Assembly (NCBI GenBank): GCA_964515545.1
Contig: CAZERI010000001.1
Span: forward strand, 269,553 to 333,552
DNA length: 64,000 nt
Direction: 5' to 3'
From: an uncultured Gammaproteobacteria bacterium
GTDB lineage: Bacteria > Patescibacteriota > Microgenomatia > Levybacterales > UBA12049
In this document: one piece after another, positions 29,336 to 39,544 of the stretch
How positions within the stretch are numbered: the stretch's first letter is position 1
Layout: every line of letters begins with the position of its first letter
Made by a program: the position numbers and the translations under genes
Notes under the pieces: generated by a model
What the model saw: the letters and a program-made list of their open reading frames with translations, nothing else
Told to the model about the DNA's origin: nothing
Databases searched by the model: none

Positions 29336-31195
29336 TCAATCTCCATGCTGTACTGAGAAGTCTCTGAGAAAGAGATTTAAATCGGATTGATTGACATTGC
29401 CGTCGTCAGTAAGGTCTGCCAGTAATTTTTGGGCTGGATTACATGACACAGGAGGTAGGAAGTCGCTATAACAGTCAGCGATCAAGTTGTAGTCAAGAAT
29501 GTTAAGTGTGTTGTCATTATTAGTATCTCCAGTGACAAGGGTTACTGGGTCGAGTTGGAGTTGCGTCTGGTTAGTAGTGATAACTTTGATCCCGGGAAGT
29601 GTTTGGTGGAGATAGTTATTACTCCAGATTTTCATATTGTAACTTCCTCCTGCTATATCTCCAAAATCTATTGATCCTTCAAAATTTCCTTTAACAGTGT
29701 TATAGCTGACTGTTCCTGACTTAGTCATAACTTCCTCACCAGCTTGATTGAGAACCTGGACAGTTACGTTCCTGGTGCCTCTTAACGGATTCTGATTACT
29801 CAGGCACTTGGCGGGATCACGAGGATTAGCCTGACAGGGAGCAGGATTTGGGTTGGCACTGTCTCCGCTTGCTCCGATACCATGGAGAAGGAGAGCTACG
29901 CTGACTGTAAGGTTATTAGGAGTAGGGGTAGAGGTAGGACTTGGAGGAATAGGTGTTGCAGTCGGCCTTGGTGTAGGTGTAGCGGTAGGTAAAGGCGTAG
30001 GAGTTGGAGTAGCAGTTGGGATGGGAGTGGGAGTCATAGTAGGAGAAGGCGTAGGCGTTAAGGTCGGGGTAGGGGTAAAAGTAGGGGTTGGAATTGGCTT
30101 TGTTGGGGTTGGGGTAGGTGTGAGGCTAACTCCAAAATTCCTATCAGTAATTGTATTCCCATGAGAGATGATAACAGAATGAGTAGCTTGGGCAGGTGCT
30201 GTCTGAGTCCACCCTGAGTTAAGAGTTAACTTTACCTCATATGCTCCATCACAATCTCCTGTGAAGGTATAGTGTCCTGATGCATCAGTAGTCGTGGTAG
30301 CTATAGTGGAGTGAGTGGTAGCGTTGGTGAGCTGGACAGTCCAGCCTGCAAGTCCTGTTTCAGTTGTTTCACGTTGTCCATTATTACTTACATCATCAAA
30401 AACATCTCCACTGATAGTTCCTTTGCCTATATCTTGAGCAATCTGCTCATAAATAGTGGTAAGGGCAGTACTTGTTGGAGCGAAATAGTACATTCCTCCT
30501 GATGACGTTGCGATGTCTTTGAGGAGCTGGTCATTCAAGCTATCCCCAAAGCCTATGGTAAAGAAAGTAACATTTTGATTTTTTGAGACTTCTTGGGCTG
30601 CTGCGAGAGCTTTTTTCGCAGATAGTGCTTTGCCGGCTGTATCGGTAGCAGCTTTAGGTATTCCTATATATTCAGTAGCTCCTCCATCAGTAAGAAGTAC
30701 TGCGACATTTTTGACTCCATTTCTATCATGTGCGTTTAAATTTGCTGCTGCAGTTCTGATACCGCACTCAACACAGGTATCACCATATGCAGTAATAGCA
30801 TTGATCGCTGTATGAAGCCTAGTTAAATCGCCGGTCTGGGATTGGCTGGTCGTAGTGAGACTTACTGAACTGAAGACAGTAAGGCTTGCCTGATGAAGCG
30901 GTGTTGCTGTACGTTTCTGGAGGATAGTAACAAAAGCATTTGCAGCATTTTTTGCACTTGTTAGACGAGGTGTTGTGTCAGTTTTGCTCGTAGCGCTCGT
31001 CATACTTCCTGAACGATCAAAAATAATCATAGTATCTGTCGGCTGATCCGCAGTGCATACTTGCGGAGAGGTAGCTGCCCGCTGACGAATATCCTGCTGT
31101 TTTTGTGCTAAGAAGAGAACAAGAGGCAGAGAAATTACTAAAAAGATAATTGTGATAATAATAAGAAGACGCTTCTTACTTTTAATAAATTCCAT
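29336..31195 (-). CDS. Secreted modular protein: signal/TM, vWA (MIDAS), SdrD-B/Cna-B-like domain, Pro/Thr linker, conserved C-terminal beta-domain with dockerin-type tandem Ca-binding repeats
   Basis: vWA carries DRSGSM (DxSxS MIDAS) ...LLTDGG...TIGFGD. The B-type domain is [31 protein letters not shown]. The linker is a (PT)n run. The C-terminus carries [13 protein letters not shown] and [20 protein letters not shown], matching the dockerin DxNxDGxVNxxD loop-helix repeats. Confidence 0.7.
   Translation of the reverse strand: MEFIKSKKRLLIIITIIFLVISLPLVLFLAQKQQDIRQRAATSPQVCTADQPTDTMIIFDRSGSMTSATSKTDTTPRLTSAKNAANAFVTILQKRTATPLHQASLTVFSSVSLTTTSQSQTGDLTRLHTAINAITAYGDTCVECGIRTAAANLNAHDRNGVKNVAVLLTDGGATEYIGIPKAATDTAGKALSAKKALAAAQEVSKNQNVTFFTIGFGDSLNDQLLKDIATSSGGMYYFAPTSTALTTIYEQIAQDIGKGTISGDVFDDVSNNGQRETTETGLAGWTVQLTNATTHSTIATTTTDASGHYTFTGDCDGAYEVKLTLNSGWTQTAPAQATHSVIISHGNTITDRNFGVSLTPTPTPTKPIPTPTFTPTPTLTPTPSPTMTPTPIPTATPTPTPLPTATPTPRPTATPIPPSPTSTPTPNNLTVSVALLLHGIGASGDSANPNPAPCQANPRDPAKCLSNQNPLRGTRNVTVQVLNQAGEEVMTKSGTVSYNTVKGNFEGSIDFGDIAGGSYNMKIWSNNYLHQTLPGIKVITTNQTQLQLDPVTLVTGDTNNDNTLNILDYNLIADCYSDFLPPVSCNPAQKLLADLTDDGNVNQSDLNLFLRDFSVQHGD
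29880..30120 (-). repeat. Coding Pro/Thr-rich low-complexity linker ((PT)n-like)
   Basis: Translates to [56 protein letters not shown]. The antisense strand produces the spurious GV-rich ORF 29853-30164. Confidence 0.8.
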
Positions 31196-31218
31196 AGAAC
31201 AGTTGTATTGGTTTTTCC

Positions 31219-33165
31219 TTAATCACCAAACTGTACTGATAATTCTCGATCGAAGAGGTTATTATCAAACTGATTGACGTCACCATCATCTGTTAAGTCG
31301 GTAGCGGTTTTCTTATCATTATCGCAAGCAACTGGAGCTAAGTAGTCAGAGTAGCAGTCAATAATCATATTGTAATCGAGGATATCCAATTTATTATCTG
31401 AATTCGTATCGCCTGAAATAAGTGATACTGTCGGTAAGACATTATTTTTATTTGCAGATATCGTAATAAGTCCTGGAATGAGTCTATGCAGATAGTGGCT
31501 GCTGGCTACCTTGAGACTATATTTTCCTGCAGGGAATGTCGTGCCTAAATCAAAGCTACCTTTATAAGAACCGGAAGTTGGGTCGTAGACAATAGTTGAA
31601 TTGATTTGTTTGACTTGAGTATTATTGGTATCAGTAACAAAGATCGTTGCATCATGTGATGTATGCAGCGGGTTCTTATTACTAAGTGTAGAGCTCGTTA
31701 AGTTAGCATTATCTCCAGCACTGCCTATCCCATGAAGAAGGACATTGAGAGAAAGTGTCGTATTTTGGGGAGTATAGTCTGCAGAAATTTGACAGTTGGA
31801 TGCAGAGTTGCCTACATCGCCTGCGTAGGAGGCTCTAATAGTATCGGTGAAGTCTTCAGGACTTGCTGCAGGAACTGAAATTACCACACTAGCTATACCA
31901 TTAGCATTAGTATTTGAGGTGGTGGCAGATAATTGGGAAATAGTATTTCCGCTCCAGGTAATACTTTTGCCTGATAGTGGATTGCCCGCACTATCTTTTA
32001 GTGTCACAGAAAGTGCTTGAGGAGTATTAGTAAGAGTGACAGAAGGTGGGGAACACACAAGACTTGTTGTAATAGGGTGCTGAGTGACCCCAAAGTCCTT
32101 GTCGGATACAGTGTCTCCTTGAGCAACAGTTAGTGACTGATAATCAGGATTCGTAGGGGTGGTAATATCCCAGTTTGTTTGTAGTGTTACTGAGGCCTTG
32201 TAGTTACCATCACAGATTCCGCTAAAAGTATAAGTTCCTTGTGAATTTGTAGTAGTTGTGGCGCTTACCGCATTTGTTGAAGTATTAGTCAGGGTGACTT
32301 TCCAGCCGGAGAGGCCTGTCTCTGATGCGTCTTGTATTTTATTTCTATTATCATCGTTATAAACTGTTCCACTGATGGTACCTTTACCTATCTCTTCAGC
32401 GATCTGCTTATAAATCGCTGTTAATGTAGCTCCATCGGGAGCAAAGTAAAATTTTCCTCCTGTTTGGGTAGCGATATCTATAAGTAATTTATCATTGATA
32501 CTGTCACCAAAACCGATAGTGTAGAAAGCCATGTTGTATTTATTATGGACATCAACTGCAGCTGCAAGGGCTTTTTGATCGGAAAGTGTTTTGTTAGCTG
32601 TTGAGCCTGAAGCAGGTCCGCCAATATACTGCTGGGCACCTCCATCTGTTAGCATGACGGCTATATTTTTGACACCGCCACGTTCTTTCGCTTTAAAGTC
32701 GGCTTCAGCTTTCCTGATAGCACACTCGATACACGTGGACCCATTTGCAGTTAAGTTATTAATTGCGGTTTTAACGTTGGTTAGATTTTGGGTGAGCGAC
32801 TGAACGACCTTAACACTTTCCTCTGAGCTAATAGTGGTGACACTGACTTCGTGAAGAGGAGTCTGGGTACGTTTGGCAAGGATATCTAAGAATGCGCTTG
32901 AGGCTTCTTTAGCTCGCTTCATTCGAGAGGTACTATCAGTATCGCTGGTGGCCTTCGTCATGCTCCCTGACTGATCAAAGATCATCATAGTATCTGTCGG
33001 CTGGTCTGCAGTACATACCTGCTCTGCAGCATGCTGGCGTACATCCTGCTGCTGCTGTCCTAAATAGAGAGTCAGAGGAACTGCTGCTACTATTAATAAG
33101 AGGGTTAAAAGACCGACCATTCGTCTATCTTTCATTATTTTCTGCCACATAGATACATGCTGCAA
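31219..33165 (-). CDS. Secreted modular protein, paralog of 29336-31195: vWA, SdrD-B-like, Ig-like/beta middle region and C-terminal dockerin-type module
   Basis: N-terminal vWA is near-identical in pattern to the downstream paralog ([19 protein letters not shown]...). The C-terminus carries [21 protein letters not shown] and [16 protein letters not shown]. The start may be an internal Met (MKDRR or MVGLL). Confidence 0.7.
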   Translation of the reverse strand: MQHVSMWQKIMKDRRMVGLLTLLLIVAAVPLTLYLGQQQQDVRQHAAEQVCTADQPTDTMMIFDQSGSMTKATSDTDSTSRMKRAKEASSAFLDILAKRTQTPLHEVSVTTISSEESVKVVQSLTQNLTNVKTAINNLTANGSTCIECAIRKAEADFKAKERGGVKNIAVMLTDGGAQQYIGGPASGSTANKTLSDQKALAAAVDVHNKYNMAFYTIGFGDSINDKLLIDIATQTGGKFYFAPDGATLTAIYKQIAEEIGKGTISGTVYNDDNRNKIQDASETGLSGWKVTLTNTSTNAVSATTTTNSQGTYTFSGICDGNYKASVTLQTNWDITTPTNPDYQSLTVAQGDTVSDKDFGVTQHPITTSLVCSPPSVTLTNTPQALSVTLKDSAGNPLSGKSITWSGNTISQLSATTSNTNANGIASVVISVPAASPEDFTDTIRASYAGDVGNSASNCQISADYTPQNTTLSLNVLLHGIGSAGDNANLTSSTLSNKNPLHTSHDATIFVTDTNNTQVKQINSTIVYDPTSGSYKGSFDLGTTFPAGKYSLKVASSHYLHRLIPGLITISANKNNVLPTVSLISGDTNSDNKLDILDYNMIIDCYSDYLAPVACDNDKKTATDLTDDGDVNQFDNNLFDRELSVQFGD

Positions 33166-33241
33166 AAAGCAGTGCTACTTACAGACTAATAGAGAGGGGT
33201 GGGCTCTGTCAATAAACACTCAGGAAAATTTTTAAGCGTTA

Positions 33242-36200
33242 CTAATCTCCAAGCTGGATAGAGAAGTCTCTGAGGAATAAATTTATGTCTGCTTGATTGA
33301 CTTTCCCGTCATCATTAAGGTCAGCACGTTGCTTTTCTTGAGCGTCACAAGAGAAGTTAGGCAGGAAATCGCTGTAACAGTCTGCAATAAAATTAAAATC
33401 AAGAATGTTGAGTGAGTTTGTATTAGTTGTGTCTCCGGTAATAAGTGCTACTGCAGGAAGCTGAAGGCGCGTTTGGTCCGTTGTAAGACTTTTAAATCCA
33501 GGAACGAGTTGGTGGAGGTAATTGTCACTCCAAATAGATATCGTATAGTCGCCATCTGGAATATCTTTTACATTTATTGATCCCTCAAAATCACCTTTAG
33601 ACGAATTATAGGTAATTGTTCCAAAGCTGGTAGCAGCTTCTTTTCCGGTTTCATCAAAGAACTGAATCATAACATTCCGTGTCTTTCTTTGAGGATTCTG
33701 ATTACTGAGACACTTAGTGGGGTCACGAGGGTTTTCTTGGCAAGGGGATGGGTTTGGGTTGATCGTATCACCGCTTGCTCCAATTCCATGCAGGAATACA
33801 CTAACATCTACAGTAAGGCCATTAGGCATAGGTGTTGGAGTTGGCTGTCCAGGTGCAAAGGTAGGGGTTGGCTGTGTCGAAGTCACCACTGGAGTAGCGG
33901 TCGGTATCAAGGTTACCTGGGAGGTAATTGTAGGTTTGGGAGTACTACTTGGCTTAGGAGTTGCAGTAGGTTTAGGAGTAGATGTAGCATTTGGCTTTGC
34001 TGTTGGTGTAGGTGCAGATGTCACTGAAGGGTATGGGTCATCAGGGTCAACTGATGGTACTTCAGAGCCGGGATCTTCTGGTGCAGGATAGGAATCGTCA
34101 GGATCAGGATAGTTACTTGGAGGAGAAGGATTGGTCGGAGTACTTCCCTCTCCGCTTGGATCCTGACAGGAAGAATTAACTGCTCTCTCCAGAGTTCTAT
34201 TAAGTCCAACTACTCCAGTATTGATAGAGAGAGACCAATAGGTGTTGGTAGTAAAGCACTGAGCCTTAAATGAGACACTGTATCCTGTTCCATACGGTAG
34301 CTTTGAGGTTATGTAATATCCATCACTATTTGTTGTTGTCTCAGTTATGACAGAGCCATCTCTTGAGACAGTGACAGATACGTTCGCAGCTGAATAACCC
34401 TTTTGATCTTTTACCCGACCGTAGATTACTCCCGTATTGGAAGAGGTATTTTTATCCAAATAAATATACTGTGTAGGCATTGAAGGTTGGGAAAGGACAA
34501 TGGTTTTTGTCTGATAAGCATATCCTTCTGCCTCTGCCTTAACTGATATAGATTTTCCTCCGGTAAAGGTATAGCTGTGACAGCCCGTATTGTCAGTAGT
34601 AACTGTAGAGTATCCCGTAATTGAGATTTTTGAGTCTTTAAGTGCAGTTGCTACACTTCCGTTGCTATAGACACAAATTTTAACTGTTGAATTAAATGAA
34701 GAGTTTGATGGGAGAGGAAGGGTGAGTATTTCGGTTCTATCAATCGATCCTATGGTTACTGTCTTTTTGACATTACTGGGATTCTTCCCAGGTTCAAGCA
34801 CAGCGAAGGCCTGTATTTCGACAGTAGTATTTGACTGTACTTTAAATACTCGTTGAGTCCCATTTCCTGTTCCACTTACTTCGCAGTCAATTGTTTTGCC
34901 TCCGATAATAATTGGTCTTTGATAACAGACATTGACACCAACCTGCGAAAGAGGAGCACTGAATCCTACGGGGGATTGAACCTTTACGGTTAAATTTACT
35001 TTAGGAACCAGGGTAGTAAGCGATATTGTTATCGTCTTGTTTGAAGTAGTCATAGTTGTAGTTTGGGTAGCTGTTTGAAAACCTGATTTTGAGACAGTAA
35101 TGGTGACAGGAGCATTGGTTAGGAGTGAGACAGTTCTCTCTCCTGTACTACTGGTACTGCCACTTTGACACCTTGAGGCATCGGGTTGGACGTCAACATA
35201 GCAGACAGATACAGTTGCTCCTGAAATAGGGGCTGAAGTACCCGTAGTAGCGAGCGCTTTTATAGTCAGATTAGCCTTACTAGATGTTGAGGTAGTAGCT
35301 AATACGACTTGAACAGTTTTGGCTGTTGTACCAAGTGTGGTAGTCGTACTTCCACGAAGCGTTGTTCCCTTTGTGGCTGTTATAGTTACAGCTTGATTTG
35401 CTCCTGCAGTGAGTGTTACTTGTCCACTTGAGTTAGTTGTCCCATGCGGGCAGGTAGCATTCCCACCCCCAGTTGTATTTGCACCACTGGCACAGATGGT
35501 AACAGTAGCACCACTAACAGGGGAACTTGAGCTACTTCCGCCGGTTACTGCTTTTACTGTCACAGAGACATTGCGAATAGGTGTAGGAGTTGCTCCTTTA
35601 GTGAGGCGAAATGATGCTGTACCTTGACCATTGGATCCAAGTGTCACTGAAAGTGGATTGGCAGATGTTGAAGTATAGCCACTAGGGACGGTAATACTTA
35701 CCGAGTATTTACTACCCGCCAGTCCGCTAAATGCATAATTGCCTGTACTTGCGGTTGTCGTTGAAGTTGTGTTGCCATTGCCTGTAGGCCCAGTGTTTGT
35801 GATCTTTACAGTCACTCCACTGACGCCCACTGAATTTCCTTGAGAATCCTGATAGTAAACTTTCCCGGTTACCGATTTTGAGCTAGTGTCTTTAGTAAGA
35901 CGAAATGAGGCCGTGCCCTGACCATTTGAAGGAAGGTTAACAGTTTGATTATTACTGGACACAGTATATCCTGGTGGTCCAACAATAGAGACGTTGTAAC
36001 GTGTTCCAACTAATCCAGTAAAATTAAAGTTGCCTGAGCTATTAGTAGTTTGTTGGGAAGTAGCGCTAGAATCAAGATTTTTTATGGTCACTGTGACACC
36101 TGCAAATCCCTGAGTAACATTATTAGAGCCGAGGGTATAGACAAGTCCTTTAATAGATTTAGAGGGTTTGGGAGTAGGTGTTGGAGTTGGAAGAGAGATT

Positions 36201-36931
36201 TTTTTTACCTGAAAATTTATAGTTGATTTTCCGCCTGATGTAATAGTAGTGTATTGTGGATTGCTTGATATAAGTGTATAGCCAGAAGCTCCTTTCATAG
36301 AAACTGAATATGATGATCCAACGAGGCCATCAAAAAGGTAATTACCACTGCCATTGGTGCTAGTTGTAGCTGTACTTCCCGTACTGCGGTTAGTTATTGT
36401 TATTCCAACATTTGCTACGCCTGCTGTAACATTCGAAGCTGTGTAATAAACTCTCCCTTCAATGGCTTGGGTTTTGGAGGATGATCCGCCACCGCTATTA
36501 TTACCACCCCCAGTACCTGGTGAAGTTGCATTCTTACTGATAATAAAGTTGACTCTACTTGTACCGCTAGAAAATGTGGTATAGATGTTATTTGACAAGA
36601 TCGTATATCCAGGTATAGGGCTCAGAAAGACTCTGTAGGTCTGTGATCCTGCTGCAGAGAGGCCTCCTATATAATAGCTCCCACTTACCAGTGAGCCTGT
36701 TGCGGTAGAGCCACTACTTGTATTAGTAATTGTTACTGTTCCGCCTCCCGTATAGGCTCCTCCACCAGAAATTGAAACCGATCCTGCGATTACTTTACTT
36801 GCGGCCAATGCTTTGCTATTTGGGTTTGATCCGAGGGGAAAAAGAATAACTGATAGTACTGCTAAAATCAGAGGCAGAACGATACTGCGACTTCGAGTCC
36901 TTCTAAGGATTTCTTTAAGAGCAGCTACCAT
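33242..36931 (-). CDS. Giant secreted protein: N-terminal TM, at least 5 carboxypeptidase-regulatory-like/Cna-B-type beta-sandwich repeats plus other Ig-like repeats, long Pro/Thr/Ser linker and a C-terminal module ~75% identical to that of 29336-31195, ending in the dockerin-type repeats
   Basis: Repeated G(R/K)VYY...GVxxVxVTIxN...T..ttT...G.Y.F.GL..G..Y.V units. The C-terminus carries GDTTNTNSLNILDFNFIADCY and [26 protein letters not shown]. The start was placed at the internal Met (MVAALKEIL..., 36931); the ORF as called extends to 37102. Confidence 0.65.
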   Translation of the reverse strand: MVAALKEILRRTRSRSIVLPLILAVLSVILFPLGSNPNSKALAASKVIAGSVSISGGGAYTGGGTVTITNTSSGSTATGSLVSGSYYIGGLSAAGSQTYRVFLSPIPGYTILSNNIYTTFSSGTSRVNFIISKNATSPGTGGGNNSGGGSSSKTQAIEGRVYYTASNVTAGVANVGITITNRSTGSTATTSTNGSGNYLFDGLVGSSYSVSMKGASGYTLISSNPQYTTITSGGKSTINFQVKKISLPTPTPTPKPSKSIKGLVYTLGSNNVTQGFAGVTVTIKNLDSSATSQQTTNSSGNFNFTGLVGTRYNVSIVGPPGYTVSSNNQTVNLPSNGQGTASFRLTKDTSSKSVTGKVYYQDSQGNSVGVSGVTVKITNTGPTGNGNTTSTTTASTGNYAFSGLAGSKYSVSITVPSGYTSTSANPLSVTLGSNGQGTASFRLTKGATPTPIRNVSVTVKAVTGGSSSSSPVSGATVTICASGANTTGGGNATCPHGTTNSSGQVTLTAGANQAVTITATKGTTLRGSTTTTLGTTAKTVQVVLATTSTSSKANLTIKALATTGTSAPISGATVSVCYVDVQPDASRCQSGSTSSTGERTVSLLTNAPVTITVSKSGFQTATQTTTMTTSNKTITISLTTLVPKVNLTVKVQSPVGFSAPLSQVGVNVCYQRPIIIGGKTIDCEVSGTGNGTQRVFKVQSNTTVEIQAFAVLEPGKNPSNVKKTVTIGSIDRTEILTLPLPSNSSFNSTVKICVYSNGSVATALKDSKISITGYSTVTTDNTGCHSYTFTGGKSISVKAEAEGYAYQTKTIVLSQPSMPTQYIYLDKNTSSNTGVIYGRVKDQKGYSAANVSVTVSRDGSVITETTTNSDGYYITSKLPYGTGYSVSFKAQCFTTNTYWSLSINTGVVGLNRTLERAVNSSCQDPSGEGSTPTNPSPPSNYPDPDDSYPAPEDPGSEVPSVDPDDPYPSVTSAPTPTAKPNATSTPKPTATPKPSSTPKPTITSQVTLIPTATPVVTSTQPTPTFAPGQPTPTPMPNGLTVDVSVFLHGIGASGDTINPNPSPCQENPRDPTKCLSNQNPQRKTRNVMIQFFDETGKEAATSFGTITYNSSKGDFEGSINVKDIPDGDYTISIWSDNYLHQLVPGFKSLTTDQTRLQLPAVALITGDTTNTNSLNILDFNFIADCYSDFLPNFSCDAQEKQRADLNDDGKVNQADINLFLRDFSIQLGD

Positions 36932-37058
36932 AGATACAAGGTACGGAAAATTCCAGCACCTCTTTAAGCGTAATCGAGGTAGGTAGTCGCTGTCAACAAA
37001 GCATCTCAAAAAAGTGCCTTCCCAAACCCTATTTTGTCTGATACACTCTATAGATTGT

Positions 37059-37628
37059 ATGGTCCTATCAGACAGAGACATCAAAAAATATCTCAAATCC
37101 AAGCAAATCGTCGTTAAGCCAGCCCCAAATTTAACAGAACAATTAGGCAGTAATTCACTTGATCTTCGACTCGGTAACAGTTTTCGTATTTTTGATCACA
37201 GTAAATTCCCCTTTATTGATCCTTTTGAAAAGAATACCTCAAGTGATGTCACGCGTGAGATTGTGATTGGGAACAAAGAGCGCTTTATCATCCAACCCGG
37301 AGATTTTGTCCTCGGTACGACAATGGAATTTATTGAGATCCCTGATACACTGGTCGGAAGCTTAGAGGGAAGATCGAGTATTGGTAGACTTGGCGTTATT
37401 ATCCATTCAACTGCAGCAAGTGTAGAGTGTGGTTTTCGAGGACATATCACTTTAGAGCTTGCCAATATGGGGAAAATGCCAGTAGCGCTCTATCCTGGTA
37501 TGCGCATCTGCTCCATATCTTTTGCTGAATTAAGTTCTCCGGCAGAAGTGCCATACTATAAAAAGAAGAATGCCAAATATGTCGGACAGTTAGGCCCAGG
37601 AGAGTCCAAAATCCACAAAGAGCGATGA
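37059..37628 (+). CDS. dcd: dCTP deaminase
   Basis: Collinear with E. coli Dcd: SLDLRLGNSFRIF, GSLEGRSSIGRLGV, VECGFRGHITLEL. Start chosen at MVLSDRDI. The stop overlaps the tmk start (ATGA). Confidence 0.85.
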   Translation: MVLSDRDIKKYLKSKQIVVKPAPNLTEQLGSNSLDLRLGNSFRIFDHSKFPFIDPFEKNTSSDVTREIVIGNKERFIIQPGDFVLGTTMEFIEIPDTLVGSLEGRSSIGRLGVIIHSTAASVECGFRGHITLELANMGKMPVALYPGMRICSISFAELSSPAEVPYYKKKNAKYVGQLGPGESKIHKER

Positions 37629-38314
37629 AGCATCATATAGAATTTGATTTGGAACTTCGTAAGAATCCCTACAGAGGGCTTTATATTGTTCTTGAAGGGA
37701 CAGAAGCCTCAGGTAAATCGACTCAGCTTAAAGAACTCGCATCATACTTTAAAAAACAAGGAAAAGAGGTGGTAACTACTCGTGAACCACGTAAAGAAGG
37801 AATAGTAGGAGACATGGTTCATAAGATTCTTTTGGGTGATTTAAAACTCAATCCGATAGCTTTCCAGTATCTCTTTTCTGCTGATCGCATGTTAAATCAC
37901 ACTGATGTCATAGAGCCTGCTCTCAAACAAGGAAAGGTAGTCATCTCTGATAGAAATTTCTGGTCGGCAATTGTTTACGGTATATTGGACAGATCTGAGA
38001 AGGGTTTTAAAAAAGCATCAATGGATCAGTTGCTAGTCGCTCAATCAATTCTTTCTTTTTATCACCAATTTATTGTCCCTGATTTTACATTTTATCTCAA
38101 AATCCCACTTGAAGTCTCATTAAAAAGACTTGGAGGGAAATCAGAAATGAAAGAAATTTATGAAGATGAAGATAAAATCCGTATGATTATTAAAGGCTAT
38201 AATTTTGTCGCAAAAAATTTCTCTGGGGAAATTACTCCCATTGATGGGACTCAATCTATTGAACAGGTTACAAAAAGTATGATAGAAATAATTAGCAAAG
38301 ATTCAAAAAAATGA
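37625..38314 (+). CDS. tmk: Thymidylate kinase
   Basis: GLYIVLEGTEASGKSTQ is the P-loop, the DRNFWSAIVYG DRY/DRX-type motif is present and a lid region follows. Stop/start overlap with the next gene is ATGA. Confidence 0.85.
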   Translation: MKHHIEFDLELRKNPYRGLYIVLEGTEASGKSTQLKELASYFKKQGKEVVTTREPRKEGIVGDMVHKILLGDLKLNPIAFQYLFSADRMLNHTDVIEPALKQGKVVISDRNFWSAIVYGILDRSEKGFKKASMDQLLVAQSILSFYHQFIVPDFTFYLKIPLEVSLKRLGGKSEMKEIYEDEDKIRMIIKGYNFVAKNFSGEITPIDGTQSIEQVTKSMIEIISKDSKK

Positions 38315-38850
38315 TTTTAGGACCGAAAATATTACTCCAATTAGTTAAAGACCAAAAATTAGTTGAGAATCTCTCTGAGAGAGAATTAACCAATCCAGAA
38401 GGAGCAGGATTTGATCTGAGACTGGGGGAAGTCTATAAAATTTCAGGCGATGCGTTCCTCGGTGAGACAGAGCGCAAGACTGCCGATATTGAACTTGTGC
38501 AGGAGTATAAAGAGGGAGAAAAACGAACTATTGTTATTAAGCCCGGAGATTTTTTTCTCATCAAAACAATAGAATCAGTCAACTGTCCTGAGAATTTAAC
38601 AGCCCACATTTATCCTCGTTCGACGACATTTAGGAGCGGTATCTATGTGCGCACGACACAAGTTGCACCTGGGTACTCAGGTGGATTAACATTTGCATTA
38701 AAAAATGAAGGGCCAATCGATGTTACTATCGAGATGGGAGCACGTGTCGTTCATATCCAGTTCACGGAAGTTGCAGGTGGCGGGAGTAAGTATCGCGGAC
38801 AGTGGCAGGGTGGACGCGTCTCGGCTCTGAAAAAAGAAAAACAGGTCTAA
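38311..38850 (+). CDS. Second Dcd/dUTPase-superfamily protein (dCTP deaminase-like, possible dUTPase or bifunctional enzyme)
   Basis: Motifs GFDLRLGEVYKI, PRSTTFRSGI and PGYSGGLTFALKNEG parallel the Dcd motifs but with a shorter N-terminus and a different C-terminus. Confidence 0.65.
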   Translation: MILGPKILLQLVKDQKLVENLSERELTNPEGAGFDLRLGEVYKISGDAFLGETERKTADIELVQEYKEGEKRTIVIKPGDFFLIKTIESVNCPENLTAHIYPRSTTFRSGIYVRTTQVAPGYSGGLTFALKNEGPIDVTIEMGARVVHIQFTEVAGGGSKYRGQWQGGRVSALKKEKQV

Positions 38851-38889
38851 CTCTTGCTAAATTTCTCCTATTCCTCTATAAAGTGATGC

Positions 38890-39492
38890 ATGGCAAAACA
38901 ACAAAAAAATCTCAAAAGAGATATTGAATTTATCTATGAAATTGGGACACTCCGATTCATGCAGCGGACATGGATCCAGTTCCTTCAGATCCAGGTTGCT
39001 GATAATGCAGATCATATTTTCCGCGTGATGTGGATCGCACTCACCTTAGCGAGATATGAAAATGTAAAAAACGAAGAAAAAATTCTCAAGATGGCACTTC
39101 TTCATGATATCGCCGAGACCCGTGCTCCTGATACCAATTATATTTCAAAAATTTATAGTACTCGAGATGAAGATAAAGCGCTGCATCATATGCTAGATGA
39201 TACGGTATTTGCCAAAGAGTTTGAAGAACTATTTAAAGAATACGAGGAAAGAAAATCAATCGAATCAAAAATTGTTAAAGATGCAGATAATTTGGATGTA
39301 GACTTTGAGCTCTCTGAAATTTATGCAAAGGGTCATACCATTAAAAAAAATTGGAAAAGAAGGAATGTGAGAAAGACTTTCTTTACAAAAACAGCCGAAA
39401 AGATGTGGGACGAATTACAGACTGCAGATCCATATTCCTGGCATGCAGATGCGCATAATAAATACAGTTCTGATAAAGACCGCAAATTATAA
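38890..39492 (+). CDS. HD-domain phosphohydrolase (YfbR-like 5'-deoxynucleotidase)
   Basis: Motifs H...HD (ALLHDIAETRAPD) and D are in YfbR-like order. Its position in the nucleotide-salvage cluster supports the call. Confidence 0.65.
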   Translation: MAKQQKNLKRDIEFIYEIGTLRFMQRTWIQFLQIQVADNADHIFRVMWIALTLARYENVKNEEKILKMALLHDIAETRAPDTNYISKIYSTRDEDKALHHMLDDTVFAKEFEELFKEYEERKSIESKIVKDADNLDVDFELSEIYAKGHTIKKNWKRRNVRKTFFTKTAEKMWDELQTADPYSWHADAHNKYSSDKDRKL

Positions 39493-39544
39493 TTGATCTG
39501 GTTTTATCTCTTGTTTGGCTTACCAATCTTTGCTACTTTAGTGG

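Noticed and set aside
29853-30164. GV-rich plus-strand ORFs (29853-30164, 33689-34027 and 33717-34091)
   Set aside because: They are antisense to the Pro/Thr linker-coding regions of the minus-strand genes. Their low-complexity Gly/Val translation is the mirror of (PT)n and is not an independent gene.
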